Both the position numbers and the translations under genes were made by a program. Below, one piece after another: positions 46,815 through 56,768 of a stretch of DNA of 64,000 nt. The DNA comes from an uncultured virus (IMG/VR IMGVR_UViG_3300012984_000011) (taxonomy: Duplodnaviria; Heunggongvirae; Uroviricota; Caudoviricetes): IMG/VR virus record IMGVR_UViG_3300012984_000011. The stretch is one strand, 5' to 3'. The notes beneath the pieces were generated by a model. The model had not been told where the DNA came from and ran no database searches. It was given only the letters and a program-made list of their open reading frames with translations. The first letter of the stretch is position 1; each line of letters starts with the position of its first letter.

Positions 46815-49800
46815 TCAGACGGCAGCTTTGATCTCTTGCGGCACGTCCGCTACTGCGATCTCGGCCCATTGGTCAGAACCCAATCCGCCTGGACGAACCG
46901 AATCCTTCTTGGCCTTTGGAGTCTTGCGGTCGAACACCACCTTCTTACCGGCCCAGCCGCCGTTCTTCTGCTCGGATTCGGCCAAGAAGTAGGTCTCCCC
47001 CACATGCTTGTGCTTGTACCACTTGCCGACTTCCATTCGGCCAGCGGACTTGAAACGGGCAACTACCTGGGAAACCTTGGGGTCCATGTATGCTCCAATC
47101 GAAAGATACTTTACTGCAAGTCTTCTGTCCGAAGCAAGTTTTACCATACCAGGGATCGTGATGCGGAGCCATTCACGGATCTGAGGATGGACGGTTGCAG
47201 GACCGTAGCCTACGAGCCGGCCGATTGCTTCACAAAAGGCTTCTTCGGTGTTCTTATTGGCGTAGCCTGTGATGGGATGTCGGGGTACTGGGAGGGTCCG
47301 TACACCTCGTTCCAAAGCATCTACGAAGTCGGAGCGCTCCTCATATGTGGCCCCGCCACTACGTTCCTGACCCAATGTGTCAACCTGAAGAGCCAAGATG
47401 GGATCTTTGAAGGCCCACTTCTCCGCAAACTCGGAGCCATACTTGATGGAAGACGGCCACTCGTCCAACAGCTTCTCAAGGTCAAGCGGCCCGTAGTCCT
47501 GGCGGATAGCTTCATCCCAGAATACGCGAGCCCCTTTGCTCAAACCTTTGAAGAGATGGTGTCCCATCTCGTGGGCCAACATGTGAGCCCCCCATTCGGG
47601 AGGTTCTCCCGAGAGAGCACTCATAGCAATCGAAATATGGTCTCCTTCGTATAGGCCGCCTTCATTCATCTTGCTAGCAAAATTGAACACGAGAGGTAGC
47701 TGCTTCTGAATCAGCCAAGGAAGATGCTTGCTAGCCTTGCGTCGGTACTGCTGCAATGCCTCCCGCATCTTGTAGAGGGCGTTCTGCTGCCAATCCGAAG
47801 ATTGGTCGTAGGCCCGCATCTCCACCTGGAATCCCTCAAACACCAGGCGATCTCTGTCAGGGGTCGTGACATCAACCTTTCGATCTACCCTGTATTCCAG
47901 CGTTTCTTTCAGATTTTTCCAGAAGATCTGTGCCTTGGACCGAACCCTCTTATCCCAGGCCGCCACCTCAGACTTGTAGCGATTGAACAGCGACTCTTTG
48001 GAGTTGTATTCGTCAGGGTACCCCAATGGCATCGATAGTTCGGTGTAGAAATCCCACGCCACCTTACGGACACCTTCGAAAGAAGTATCACCGTTGTCCT
48101 TGAAACGATTCAGGAAATCATCAAAGAAGAACTTCCTGAATCGGGTCCGATAGACCTTCAGCCCCTCACGAAGCTTTTCCCCGTCTTCATAAGTGTTGAT
48201 TCGGGGGATGTTCTTGACCAGGGTCAAGAAGTCTTTGCGAAGACGCTCTACCCAAGCCTCATCGATTGTCTCGACTTTGGCGGTCTTGTAGCGCTCTACT
48301 AAAGTTGCTGTCTTAAGCACGGACTTGAACGACTCGATCTGATCCCGATTCATGTCTTGACCCATCACGTAGTGGGCGAATACCTCAGCCCAAGCCTCAT
48401 CAATGTTACTTTCACCGTAGCTGCTGACAGGGAGCACTTGACGAGGATCTTGGTCCCACTCGTCCTGCCATTCTTTCCTGGTCTTCTCAGCTTTGGCTTG
48501 AGCCAAATCGTTCGTGGCTTTGACCGCAATATCGACATAGAGCGTCGCCTCGGCCTCTGCTTCCGAAATCGCTTGTTCGGTCTTCTCCACCCACTTGGGG
48601 CGGACTTTCTCGAAGATGCCCCACCAGTACTTGTCAAAGTTCTTGGGGGCTTTGGCCGGCTCAGGGGTAGAGCGCACCTCTTCTTCGATCTCCCACATCA
48701 GATTCCGACAGGCTTCCGACAATTTGCCGTTGGCTTCTAGGGCGATGTGGAATTGAGCCTTGGCCTCTGGAGAAACAATCACCTCCGCTCCCGCACTATG
48801 CATGGCGGTCAACAGGTCGTTCTGAGCATCCCAGCCCGCACTCGCGATATTGTCTCTGTACTTCTCGATCGGCTCTTTCCACCATTTGGCTTTCGCTTGG
48901 CCAAACTGTTTGAGCAACTCTCTGACTCGGGATACCGAGGTCTCAATAGCCCGATGAGCTTCTTGGATCTTGTGATCGGAAATCGTCCGTTCACTGTAAG
49001 ACACCCCAGGAGCCTGCCTCTTGTGAACCCTCACAAGAGATTCGAACTTGGCTCGTTGAGTCTGACTCATCTGCTTGAACCAGAATCGGTGGCCGAGCTC
49101 ATGAGCCATCAGCTCAACAATGAAGCTGCTGGGACGACTAAAGACCTGAACGGTGTCTTTACCGATGTGATAGTTGCCTCCCACCCCACCACCCGTATTA
49201 TGGTTCGACCCACCGCAAGCCTCGCATTGGATGAAAACCGTGCCGTACCAAGCTTTGGCCACCCCCTTTTGCTTCATCCGCTGATAGGCTTCATCCAGGT
49301 AGTTGATGTAAGCCTTGATCTGACCAGGTGTGACGGTGCTATCGTCAATCACCACTTTCATTCCGTATAGGTCGAATTCCTTGTAGGCCGAGATGTCTTC
49401 GAACGGATGCTCCGCCGGCTGACTCTTAATCCTGTCGGCATCTTCCCGTAAGATCTTCAGGGCTTTGTCCAAGGTGGCGGTCAGCTGCTTGCCGTTTACC
49501 GCATCAGAGAAGTCCCGCTGATACAGGTCTAGCATGCGCTCACCATCCTCAGCAGGGAAGCCAGGCAAACCGGTCTTCTCCATCACTTGCTGCCAATGCT
49601 TGGCCTTATCCTGTTCGTCCACCACAGCCGCTTTCAAAGCGTCCAGCAGCTTCTTGACTTCCTTGCCTTCGGACATCTCTTGGAGGCCCGTATAGGGACC
49701 CCTACGGGCAAAGAACACCTGTTCGCCCATGTTGGTTACGAAGTCTTTCAGCTGAGCAAAGGTACGGTGAACTGCCGGCCAACCATTAGGCTTCGAATCG

Positions 49801-49895
49801 AGTAGCTTGAGCCACCCACGGCGAACCCCCATCAGCCACGGCTTGTCAAGGATCTCAGCCGTCAAGAAGCGAGCCGCCACCCGCTTGGCCAACAT
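46815..49895 (-). CDS. 1026-aa multi-module protein with two zincin metallopeptidase modules
   Basis: HELGH...SSYG..NIDEAWAE and HEMGH...TGYA..NTEEAFCE. Confidence 0.75.
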   Translation of the reverse strand: MLAKRVAARFLTAEILDKPWLMGVRRGWLKLLDSKPNGWPAVHRTFAQLKDFVTNMGEQVFFARRGPYTGLQEMSEGKEVKKLLDALKAAVVDEQDKAKHWQQVMEKTGLPGFPAEDGERMLDLYQRDFSDAVNGKQLTATLDKALKILREDADRIKSQPAEHPFEDISAYKEFDLYGMKVVIDDSTVTPGQIKAYINYLDEAYQRMKQKGVAKAWYGTVFIQCEACGGSNHNTGGGVGGNYHIGKDTVQVFSRPSSFIVELMAHELGHRFWFKQMSQTQRAKFESLVRVHKRQAPGVSYSERTISDHKIQEAHRAIETSVSRVRELLKQFGQAKAKWWKEPIEKYRDNIASAGWDAQNDLLTAMHSAGAEVIVSPEAKAQFHIALEANGKLSEACRNLMWEIEEEVRSTPEPAKAPKNFDKYWWGIFEKVRPKWVEKTEQAISEAEAEATLYVDIAVKATNDLAQAKAEKTRKEWQDEWDQDPRQVLPVSSYGESNIDEAWAEVFAHYVMGQDMNRDQIESFKSVLKTATLVERYKTAKVETIDEAWVERLRKDFLTLVKNIPRINTYEDGEKLREGLKVYRTRFRKFFFDDFLNRFKDNGDTSFEGVRKVAWDFYTELSMPLGYPDEYNSKESLFNRYKSEVAAWDKRVRSKAQIFWKNLKETLEYRVDRKVDVTTPDRDRLVFEGFQVEMRAYDQSSDWQQNALYKMREALQQYRRKASKHLPWLIQKQLPLVFNFASKMNEGGLYEGDHISIAMSALSGEPPEWGAHMLAHEMGHHLFKGLSKGARVFWDEAIRQDYGPLDLEKLLDEWPSSIKYGSEFAEKWAFKDPILALQVDTLGQERSGGATYEERSDFVDALERGVRTLPVPRHPITGYANKNTEEAFCEAIGRLVGYGPATVHPQIREWLRITIPGMVKLASDRRLAVKYLSIGAYMDPKVSQVVARFKSAGRMEVGKWYKHKHVGETYFLAESEQKNGGWAGKKVVFDRKTPKAKKDSVRPGGLGSDQWAEIAVADVPQEIKAAV

Positions 49896-49896
49896 C

Positions 49897-50925
49897 TCAA
49901 CGGTCCCCGGTCAAAAAGCGACGGATCAAAGAGGCCTCTTTCATCCCCTTCATGACCTCACCACTCTCTAGGAATTTTTCGGCTAGACCTGGCGTCAAAT
50001 ATTGATTCTTGAGCGTACTAGGGGTGTGGCCCACGTCTTCCGCCACCAGCTCCAACGCTTCTTTGAATTCGTCCTTGAGCTGCTTCTCACGTTCCTTCTT
50101 ATCCTGAGGAAGCTTGCCACCCTTGGATCGAACTTTCCTCAAGGCTTCCCTCATATCCGAGTTTGCATGATAGCCGCGGAGATCTTTTGCAGTTATATCA
50201 AAATCCTTCAGATAGTCGTTTACGGTCGAACCGGTGACCTTTCCGCCTTCATGGCAGAAGATAGACCCGTCCTTGCACGAATCGTGGGCTTTCTTGAGGG
50301 CCGACACCACCGCAGCGTCATCCACTACTTTCTTGTGTTTGACCCCCGATTTACCCGTATATTTGATGGTCGCCTTGCCGCCACTGAAGCTGATATGCTT
50401 CTTTTCCCACGTCGAAACCCCGTAGTGGCCCTCGCCCTTATCGTTCAGATCCCCCGCTGCTGACGCCTCAGAGCCGATTCGTTCAGCCGTCGCATCCATC
50501 AACGCTACCGCCAAAGCTGATAGGGCGGTCTTAGGGTCGTCCGATTTGAGGTCTTTCTTGACCTGGGTTCGCAATTTCTCGATCGAGCCGCTAAGTTTCT
50601 CAAGCCGCTCCGCCTTGGCCTTATTGCGTTTGGCCACCTGACCCTCAGAATAGACGTAAACCGTTGTCGTACCCTTGCCATTGGCCTTGGGTACCTTCTT
50701 CTTTTCCTGGTATTTGGCCACCACCCGTTGGGCGGCAGTTCGCTCAACCCTATAGAATCCATCAGCATCTGGCCCATTTTCCCATCGCCAGGATTGGTCA
50801 TCACCAGGTTTGGGGCATGTCGACTCATTTGGGCCCAGGAAGCCGCAACGGAGACAAGTCCAGGCATCCCTACCGTCATCGTAGGTCATCGAGGCGCCGC
50901 AGGTGGGGCAATCACAAGGCATCAT
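49897..50925 (-). CDS. DNA topoisomerase IB with N-terminal Zn ribbon
   Basis: ERIG, YTGKSG, TAKDLR, GHTP...QY catalytic R-K-R-H-Y set. Confidence 0.85.
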   Translation of the reverse strand: MMPCDCPTCGASMTYDDGRDAWTCLRCGFLGPNESTCPKPGDDQSWRWENGPDADGFYRVERTAAQRVVAKYQEKKKVPKANGKGTTTVYVYSEGQVAKRNKAKAERLEKLSGSIEKLRTQVKKDLKSDDPKTALSALAVALMDATAERIGSEASAAGDLNDKGEGHYGVSTWEKKHISFSGGKATIKYTGKSGVKHKKVVDDAAVVSALKKAHDSCKDGSIFCHEGGKVTGSTVNDYLKDFDITAKDLRGYHANSDMREALRKVRSKGGKLPQDKKEREKQLKDEFKEALELVAEDVGHTPSTLKNQYLTPGLAEKFLESGEVMKGMKEASLIRRFLTGDR

Positions 50926-50996
50926 TTCAAGTAGCTGGGCCAATAAATAGAACCAGGGACTTAGGATTCTGGCCAAATGGGCCGTCCATAGGGTTG

Positions 50997-51509
50997 ATGT
51001 CCAAAAACGAAGAGAATCCAGTCCAGCCAATCGGGATGATCTCAGTACTTGACCTGAGGCCGTACAGTCGGCGCTCCAAGAAGTGTTCGACCAAAGTATA
51101 CGTCCACGGGTTAGGTTCGAATCCTACCCTATGGATTGAGGCTGGAGAGGCTCGCCTCAACATGAAATCCAATCGTCCAGGGGAAGCGGATCTGAGTGTC
51201 TATTGGGATGGGGTGGTGGACCAAGATCATAAATCCGCCTACATCCTAATCCTACCCTTGATTGGCATTAGGCTGATGGAAGTCATCAACCACACGACAG
51301 GCTTGGAAGCCTGGATTGATCCCAACAACTTCGATGGGTTCCGTGTACCAAGCCCTGGCTACGTCTACCCTGGGTTGACCCAACCTTGCAAGTTCTGTGC
51401 TGTACGTAGCAAGCATCAGATGGGCCCCTACATCCCTCCCCCAAACAAGGAGCTATTCAGAGAGATGCGGGGGCGTAAGGTTGAGATTCAGATCGGTCCA
51501 AAAGACTAG
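50997..51509 (+). CDS. Hypothetical protein
   Basis: ATG after TTAG-N18-CGT variant. Confidence 0.5.
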   Translation: MSKNEENPVQPIGMISVLDLRPYSRRSKKCSTKVYVHGLGSNPTLWIEAGEARLNMKSNRPGEADLSVYWDGVVDQDHKSAYILILPLIGIRLMEVINHTTGLEAWIDPNNFDGFRVPSPGYVYPGLTQPCKFCAVRSKHQMGPYIPPPNKELFREMRGRKVEIQIGPKD

Positions 51510-52618
51510 GAACGCAGGTTCCAGCGATAATCTTTGACCAACGTCTGGTAGACGTCAGCAGGTAAGGTCCTGTTTCGGTACTCCTCAGAGCCCAACATGA
51601 CCTTCCAGCTGTCTTCCACCCCCTCATAGTTGCGCACCAACTGCTCCACAAGTGCAAATGGCTGTAGATCCATAGGTTGTAGCAGTTGGTTGAAGCCAGC
51701 TGAATAGGTGTGGCCGCCTCCCCCATGGGCGGATGCGAAAGCGTTGCAGTCGAAGGTGCCACGAGAACGGGTAGAGAACACCATTTTCTGCACTCCGTCC
51801 TCAACGAATAGGGCGAAGCCGATCGTCAAGTCGTTATCCTCAGCCATCTTCTCGGACGCATCGCTGGTGGGCTTGGTGCCTTCGAACACCATCACTCGGC
51901 GTCCCTTCTCAGAGACGAAGCGATGCGACCCTTTGATCGCCTTTTCGACATGTCGGAGGCTTCGCTCATACAGGATTGGACCTATCTTGAGCAACTCTGG
52001 CCATCTGGACCAATCAGTCATAGCTAGCTCGTCCCAGGGCCAGAAATGAACCGCGTCTGACACCTCACAAGCTTGACGCCAACGAATGTCTTGCTTCTGC
52101 CAAGTGTCGCGAATACCGATCAGGGTGGCGAAATCTTGCAGACCTGAGGACTTGCCCCCCTGATCCATGAGCCAGCGATTCCGGCGCAACAACTCTCGTT
52201 TGGCTGAGTTTGGTTCCTTCAAGGCTTGTTCTGCCTGAAACCTATCTAGAGGAAGCCACACTTCCCTAAAGGCCAGCATCGCTCCACTGACGCCTGGGTC
52301 CGCCACCTCATCGCCGAACGCTCCCAAGCCGGCCTCAACGAACGGCATCACCGCATGCTTGACCTTCTTGTGATGGTCTAGCACCAACGCTCCTACATCA
52401 AGAAATTCACGGATCCTTGACGGGTCGGGGCTGATGTCACAGAACAGTTGTCCTGGTCGGGGTTCCAGCGTCCGATAGGGCTCAGTACCGTGCTGCAAGA
52501 ACGTTACTTTGGCTGCAGGCAGGCAGTCGTGCAGGATCATCGCGCTGGCGGTCCCGTCCGAACAGTTGTCATGTACAATAATTTCGTCGACTGCCAGTAG
52601 TTTGGATGTTTCGATCAT
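51506..52618 (-). CDS. DHH-family phosphoesterase
   Basis: HDNCSDG, CDIS, LDHH, SGA, RDTW, GGGGH..SAG. Confidence 0.85.
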   Translation of the reverse strand: MIETSKLLAVDEIIVHDNCSDGTASAMILHDCLPAAKVTFLQHGTEPYRTLEPRPGQLFCDISPDPSRIREFLDVGALVLDHHKKVKHAVMPFVEAGLGAFGDEVADPGVSGAMLAFREVWLPLDRFQAEQALKEPNSAKRELLRRNRWLMDQGGKSSGLQDFATLIGIRDTWQKQDIRWRQACEVSDAVHFWPWDELAMTDWSRWPELLKIGPILYERSLRHVEKAIKGSHRFVSEKGRRVMVFEGTKPTSDASEKMAEDNDLTIGFALFVEDGVQKMVFSTRSRGTFDCNAFASAHGGGGHTYSAGFNQLLQPMDLQPFALVEQLVRNYEGVEDSWKVMLGSEEYRNRTLPADVYQTLVKDYRWNLRS

Positions 52619-53079
52619 AGGACTTTCAAGCCTTTTTTGAGGCCTTCTCTGTAGAGATGTTCAAGATTTAGCCAGTATTGCTTCGGAGTGTCAAGCTTCT
52701 GACTCAAAAGTTCAGCCAACTCGTCGGTGATGGGACACTCATCTAACAACACCGCCCTAACCTCAGCTTCACGCTCTGCAAACACCTGAGTATCGACTTG
52801 TCGAAATTTCAACAGGTCTCGAAGATGCGAGCTAGGACGAGTCACCCAATCAGGATCGAAGTCTGGGATGGGCTCTAACTCGATCGCCAGCTGCTTGACC
52901 AGACTATCAGGTAGTCCTGGCAAATAGTGTTTGAGAGCCATCTCAGCACTATCCTGGGTCTCAAACACCCTAGCCTTGTCTCGACTGCTGGTGAACCACC
53001 CATTCTGGTCTAATCCAAGATAGCGATATCGACTGACGGTCGGATATTGGATCCTGACCCTGTAACCACGCTCTGACAT
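52615..53079 (-). CDS. Protein with C-terminal HigA-like HTH
   Basis: PITDELAELLSQKLDTPKQYWLNLE. Confidence 0.55.
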   Translation of the reverse strand: MSERGYRVRIQYPTVSRYRYLGLDQNGWFTSSRDKARVFETQDSAEMALKHYLPGLPDSLVKQLAIELEPIPDFDPDWVTRPSSHLRDLLKFRQVDTQVFAEREAEVRAVLLDECPITDELAELLSQKLDTPKQYWLNLEHLYREGLKKGLKVL

Positions 53080-53717
53080 CAGTTCTCGAAACTGCTCTTC
53101 TTCGCTCGAATCTGGTCGAAAATAGAGTCTCTGAGGACCCTGTCGATCACCAGATCGAGGTCTTGGCGATTCTGCCCGTACCAAGTGTTCAATTCGGCCA
53201 CCGTACTGACGGCCGTCAAACCTTCCATCAGTCGACTAAAAACAGAGATCTGAGGCTCTCCACATGGTCTGGTGAAGGCGTCCGCTTGAACGGACCGCTC
53301 TTCAGCGGGGATGTTGGCCACCTGTTCGGCCACCTGGACCGACTTCTCGGCCATATCGAAGCAATCCATCAAGGCTTCGATGGCCTTCTCGGCGGTCGGT
53401 TTATCGCCTGCAAAGAGGGCGTTCATGGCGGTCAGATAGGTCTCACTACCAGCCAACAATAACTGAAGCTGGATGTCGTTCTTCAGGTTCGGAGTCTGCG
53501 CCTTCAATAACTCCAGCATGTGGTTGGGGGTGTTGGCCTTCCTAAATGGTTCCAAGTCCACATCAGGGAACGCAAGTTTCAGGAAATCCTCGCCCTTGGG
53601 CTGGTGAATCAACATGCCGATCACGGCATCACGGGCTTTGGTGAAGGCCTGTTCTCCTTGTTGCTCACGGATCTGGTTCAGCTGAGCTCTGACTTCTTCC
53701 ACATGCATTTTCGGCAT
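53079..53717 (-). CDS. Hypothetical protein
   Basis: TGATG coupling. Confidence 0.6.
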   Translation of the reverse strand: MPKMHVEEVRAQLNQIREQQGEQAFTKARDAVIGMLIHQPKGEDFLKLAFPDVDLEPFRKANTPNHMLELLKAQTPNLKNDIQLQLLLAGSETYLTAMNALFAGDKPTAEKAIEALMDCFDMAEKSVQVAEQVANIPAEERSVQADAFTRPCGEPQISVFSRLMEGLTAVSTVAELNTWYGQNRQDLDLVIDRVLRDSIFDQIRAKKSSFEN

Positions 53718-54001
53718 CAGGTTTTCCTGGTTTGGCTCAACAAAGCCTGCTTGTATTGATCCGCCAACTGACTAGCTGTCAATACACCGCTGGCCTGTAG
53801 GTGTGCATAAGCAATCCCACGCATCAAATCGGTAGCTGTGGCAGGATTCTGCATCACTTTCCAGCAAGTTTTGCAGTAAGGGTATTCCTCAAGAGGATTT
53901 GGCATCACGGCCTTCTCCTCTGGGGTCAACACCACAATCTCACAAGCTGTACGATCACGCTCTCCAGAGCAGATCAGGCACCTAACTTTGGTTGATGGCA
54001 T
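53717..54001 (-). CDS. Zn-finger hypothetical protein
   Basis: CLIC, CKTC. Confidence 0.55.
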   Translation of the reverse strand: MPSTKVRCLICSGERDRTACEIVVLTPEEKAVMPNPLEEYPYCKTCWKVMQNPATATDLMRGIAYAHLQASGVLTASQLADQYKQALLSQTRKT

Positions 54002-54596
54002 CCAAGTCCTTCCCGATCTCACGTTGGAGATCCTCAATGCTGATCTGATCTTTGACAATCCGCTCCCCATACAGCAATGCGGTTGAGAGCGGTAGTCGAA
54101 CATGAGGTAGACTGTGTTGCCTCAATAAGCTAGATTCAGTCAAGCCCAAGGCTTCCAAAGCTTCTCGTTTGGGCGTCATATTGGGATTACCAGCCAATCG
54201 ATGTGGGTCGCAATCTTCCGGGTCACCCGTAGAGAACGTTATCTTACAGGCGAAAGGGCGAGCGGGATAGATACTGCACAGTCCCCCATCCAACAACGGA
54301 CAAGCGATTCGGCTCATCAGCCAAACTGGCAGCGATAGACCGAACGTATGGTCAGAATGCTCCGAAAGTCGATTGCGAAGCTCGGTAGTCCACAGGTGTT
54401 GTTCGACCAGCCAACCGTAAATATGCAGACCTTCAAGGATCGTCACCAATACGGGATGATAGCAGCAATTATGGCAGCCTTTGAGACAACTAGCTAGTGG
54501 CCGAACCTCAGTCTCCAGTTCAGAGGCCAATATCTGCGATTGCGCTCTGAATCGATCAATCGAGACTTCCACCGCTATGGGAAGCTGGCGTCTCAT
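53982..54596 (-). CDS. YkgJ-family cysteine-cluster protein
   Basis: CLKGCHNCC, CPLL, CSIYPARPFAC. Confidence 0.85.
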   Translation of the reverse strand: MRRQLPIAVEVSIDRFRAQSQILASELETEVRPLASCLKGCHNCCYHPVLVTILEGLHIYGWLVEQHLWTTELRNRLSEHSDHTFGLSLPVWLMSRIACPLLDGGLCSIYPARPFACKITFSTGDPEDCDPHRLAGNPNMTPKREALEALGLTESSLLRQHSLPHVRLPLSTALLYGERIVKDQISIEDLQREIGKDLDAINQS

Positions 54597-55096
54597 TTGA
54601 GCCTGAACAGACTGTCATCCATCAGTTGGTCGTAAACCGATTGTTGGGGCTTTGGTTCTTTGGCCTTCGCCCGAGCGGCTTTGCGCTTGAGCGTTCCAAA
54701 ACCAGGGGTGATGGTGATCCGGCTGAACGAACCATCCTGATGGGTCGCCACCAAGATCTCACCCACTTTTAATCGCAAACGTGGATTGAAAAAGATGGCC
54801 CCGCCTGGACGTTGAAAATCGCTGGGAATCCAATCCACCATGGGGGTCAAGACAGTGCCGGCTCGTGTGATGCCTCTCAAAGGTCCGGCCTTGACCTTGA
54901 TGGCGATGCTGCAAAAGGGCCACTGCTCGGCTGGATTGCAAACTATCAACACCGTGCTGTTGTTTTCATCTAGATCGTCCGCCACCTCTTGCTTGGTGCC
55001 GTCAAAACTGACCAGCTGACAGGTGCGGAATTCCCGATTACTGGTCTCCAGCTTCCAGTAACGGTCTTGATAGAAGAGAATGTCGCCTATTTTCAT
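54593..55096 (-). CDS. Hypothetical protein
   Basis: 167 aa ORF in run. Confidence 0.6.
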   Translation of the reverse strand: MKIGDILFYQDRYWKLETSNREFRTCQLVSFDGTKQEVADDLDENNSTVLIVCNPAEQWPFCSIAIKVKAGPLRGITRAGTVLTPMVDWIPSDFQRPGGAIFFNPRLRLKVGEILVATHQDGSFSRITITPGFGTLKRKAARAKAKEPKPQQSVYDQLMDDSLFRLK

Positions 55097-55097
55097 A

Positions 55098-55532
55098 TCA
55101 TTCCAGAGTGGGGCGATAGCTTTTTAGAGACTCTTTCAACCACTTGGCGTCCACTTCGCCCTGAAACAGGCTCACCACCTCACGCTTGGCTTCGCGATAG
55201 GCTTGTTTAGCAGCGTATTCCAGCATCTCTTTAGATGTAGCAGAGGAGGTCCAACGCTCGCGAACATTTCGCCACGCCTGCTTGGCCTCCTCCTCTACAC
55301 CTTCCTCAAGCGTCAAAACTGAGGACCAGTTGTTTTCCAACTCCTCTGCCATCAAAAGACGGCCTAGGTGAAGACGAAGACGGCTTTTGAGCAGCCGTCT
55401 AGCAGTCCAAATGGTTGTCTGAAATAGGAGATCGTCCATCACCAAATGGTTGTCGAACGAAAGATCTCCAATTTGCTCAACCAGGGAACGGATTGGGGGC
55501 GACTTTCCCGTCCTGACCAATCCCCAAGGCAT
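55098..55532 (-). CDS. Hypothetical protein (start uncertain)
   Basis: ORF in co-directional run. Confidence 0.5.
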   Translation of the reverse strand: MPWGLVRTGKSPPIRSLVEQIGDLSFDNHLVMDDLLFQTTIWTARRLLKSRLRLHLGRLLMAEELENNWSSVLTLEEGVEEEAKQAWRNVRERWTSSATSKEMLEYAAKQAYREAKREVVSLFQGEVDAKWLKESLKSYRPTLE

Positions 55533-56199
55533 CTAGCTCTTCGTCCACAGCGGGGACACCAGCAGCCGAAACCTCTTCTTCTTCAGAGGATTCGGTCTGG
55601 CTAGTGTCCCCCTGGGCTTTTCCCTGGCGAGACACCTTCACCCCCTTGATGACTCGGTAATTCCCATGCGACACACGTTCGAACACGTCCCTGTGTGAAC
55701 TGAGGATGAAATTGATGTAGTTCTGCGGCTTCTCACTATCGGGCATCCAACCACGAGATGCCAGAGCATCCACCACTTCCTTTGCGGTCATCGTTTGACC
55801 GTGGCCAATCACCGACGCTACCGCATCCACCACCTTGGGACGATTCCCATTCGCCACAGCCCTACGACCCCGAGCTACCGGACTATCGGTCGTTTGTGCC
55901 TTGGGCTTCGGACCTGGTTTGCCTTTGACGGCGGCCGTCACTTGAGGATTCTTTGGCTTTGGTCCAGGCTTGCCTCGAACGGTGAACTTGGGTGCTGGCC
56001 CACGACGCTTCGGAAGACCATTGCCCTCCGCCACCAAATTGTTCAAATCTGCCGCAATTGCTTGATTGATGGTGCGACGTGCTTGGGCAATATAACTGTC
56101 CAGTTCACGCCCCACCTGAAGAAACACTTTCTCTAATGTCATCTGTCGATTTCTCCGATTCTCATTTTCATTTGGGTGCAGGGGTCTTCCCAGCACCAT
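55477..56199 (-). CDS. Putative nucleoid-associated DNA-binding protein (basic repeats plus wHTH)
   Basis: KRRGPAPK, GKPGPKPK x2, wHTH-like MTAKEVVDAL..RGW...FERVSHGNY, acidic tail. Confidence 0.6.
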   Translation of the reverse strand: MVLGRPLHPNENENRRNRQMTLEKVFLQVGRELDSYIAQARRTINQAIAADLNNLVAEGNGLPKRRGPAPKFTVRGKPGPKPKNPQVTAAVKGKPGPKPKAQTTDSPVARGRRAVANGNRPKVVDAVASVIGHGQTMTAKEVVDALASRGWMPDSEKPQNYINFILSSHRDVFERVSHGNYRVIKGVKVSRQGKAQGDTSQTESSEEEEVSAAGVPAVDEELDALGIGQDGKVAPNPFPG

Positions 56200-56240
56200 T
56201 CTATCCCAACTTACACCACGAATCCAAAGATCGCAACCCC

Positions 56241-56768
56241 TCACCCCAATACTCGAAGCATTCTTGCTTGCTTGGGAGTCAGATCCCCTTCCTTGAAGTT
56301 CGTGTAATAGCACAGACTTACCTGAACACAGGTTGCCACCACCCCAGGGCCAGCCCGCAACCCCTCACAAGAAGTGCAAGCCTTTGATCCAAAGTTCGAG
56401 TGAAAACGAGCTTTGGCGGCCTCTTTTACTGCCGTGTAGGCCAGCTCAGCCAAGTCCCTCGACAACCTGAAAGCTTCTTCAGGCAGGCCTTGCTTGAAGG
56501 CCTCAAGCAAGGCCTCTTCTATTTTGGCTACGTCGTGGGGAGTGGAAATTCCCGCAATACGTCGTTTTCGCAAATGATTCCCAGGCTCCTCAACACTTGC
56601 TCGCTCCTGCCCTGGGGGATGGCGGTCTGCAACATCAAGGCTCTCCGATCCTGAACCGCCTGAGCTCTCGTCAGAGCTACCTGCATCAGCGTCTCCCATT
56701 CGAGCGGAGATGAGGGGGCGCGTCGGACGACTGGCTGGATCAACAATCTGGTTTTCATTGGTTTTCAC
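56241..56768 (-). CDS. Hypothetical protein with C-terminal Cys cluster
   Basis: CTSC..C...CY. Confidence 0.55.
   Translation of the reverse strand: MKTNENQIVDPASRPTRPLISARMGDADAGSSDESSGGSGSESLDVADRHPPGQERASVEEPGNHLRKRRIAGISTPHDVAKIEEALLEAFKQGLPEEAFRLSRDLAELAYTAVKEAAKARFHSNFGSKACTSCEGLRAGPGVVATCVQVSLCYYTNFKEGDLTPKQARMLRVLG

Noticed and set aside
22460..50950. Possible third upstream motif (A/G)TTTA(T/C) before genes starting at 22459, 26123, 44807 and 50925
   Set aside because: Too short and variably spaced to support without statistics
52615..53717. HigBA toxin-antitoxin pair
   Set aside because: The HigA-like HTH is present but the neighbour shows no RelE/HigB features
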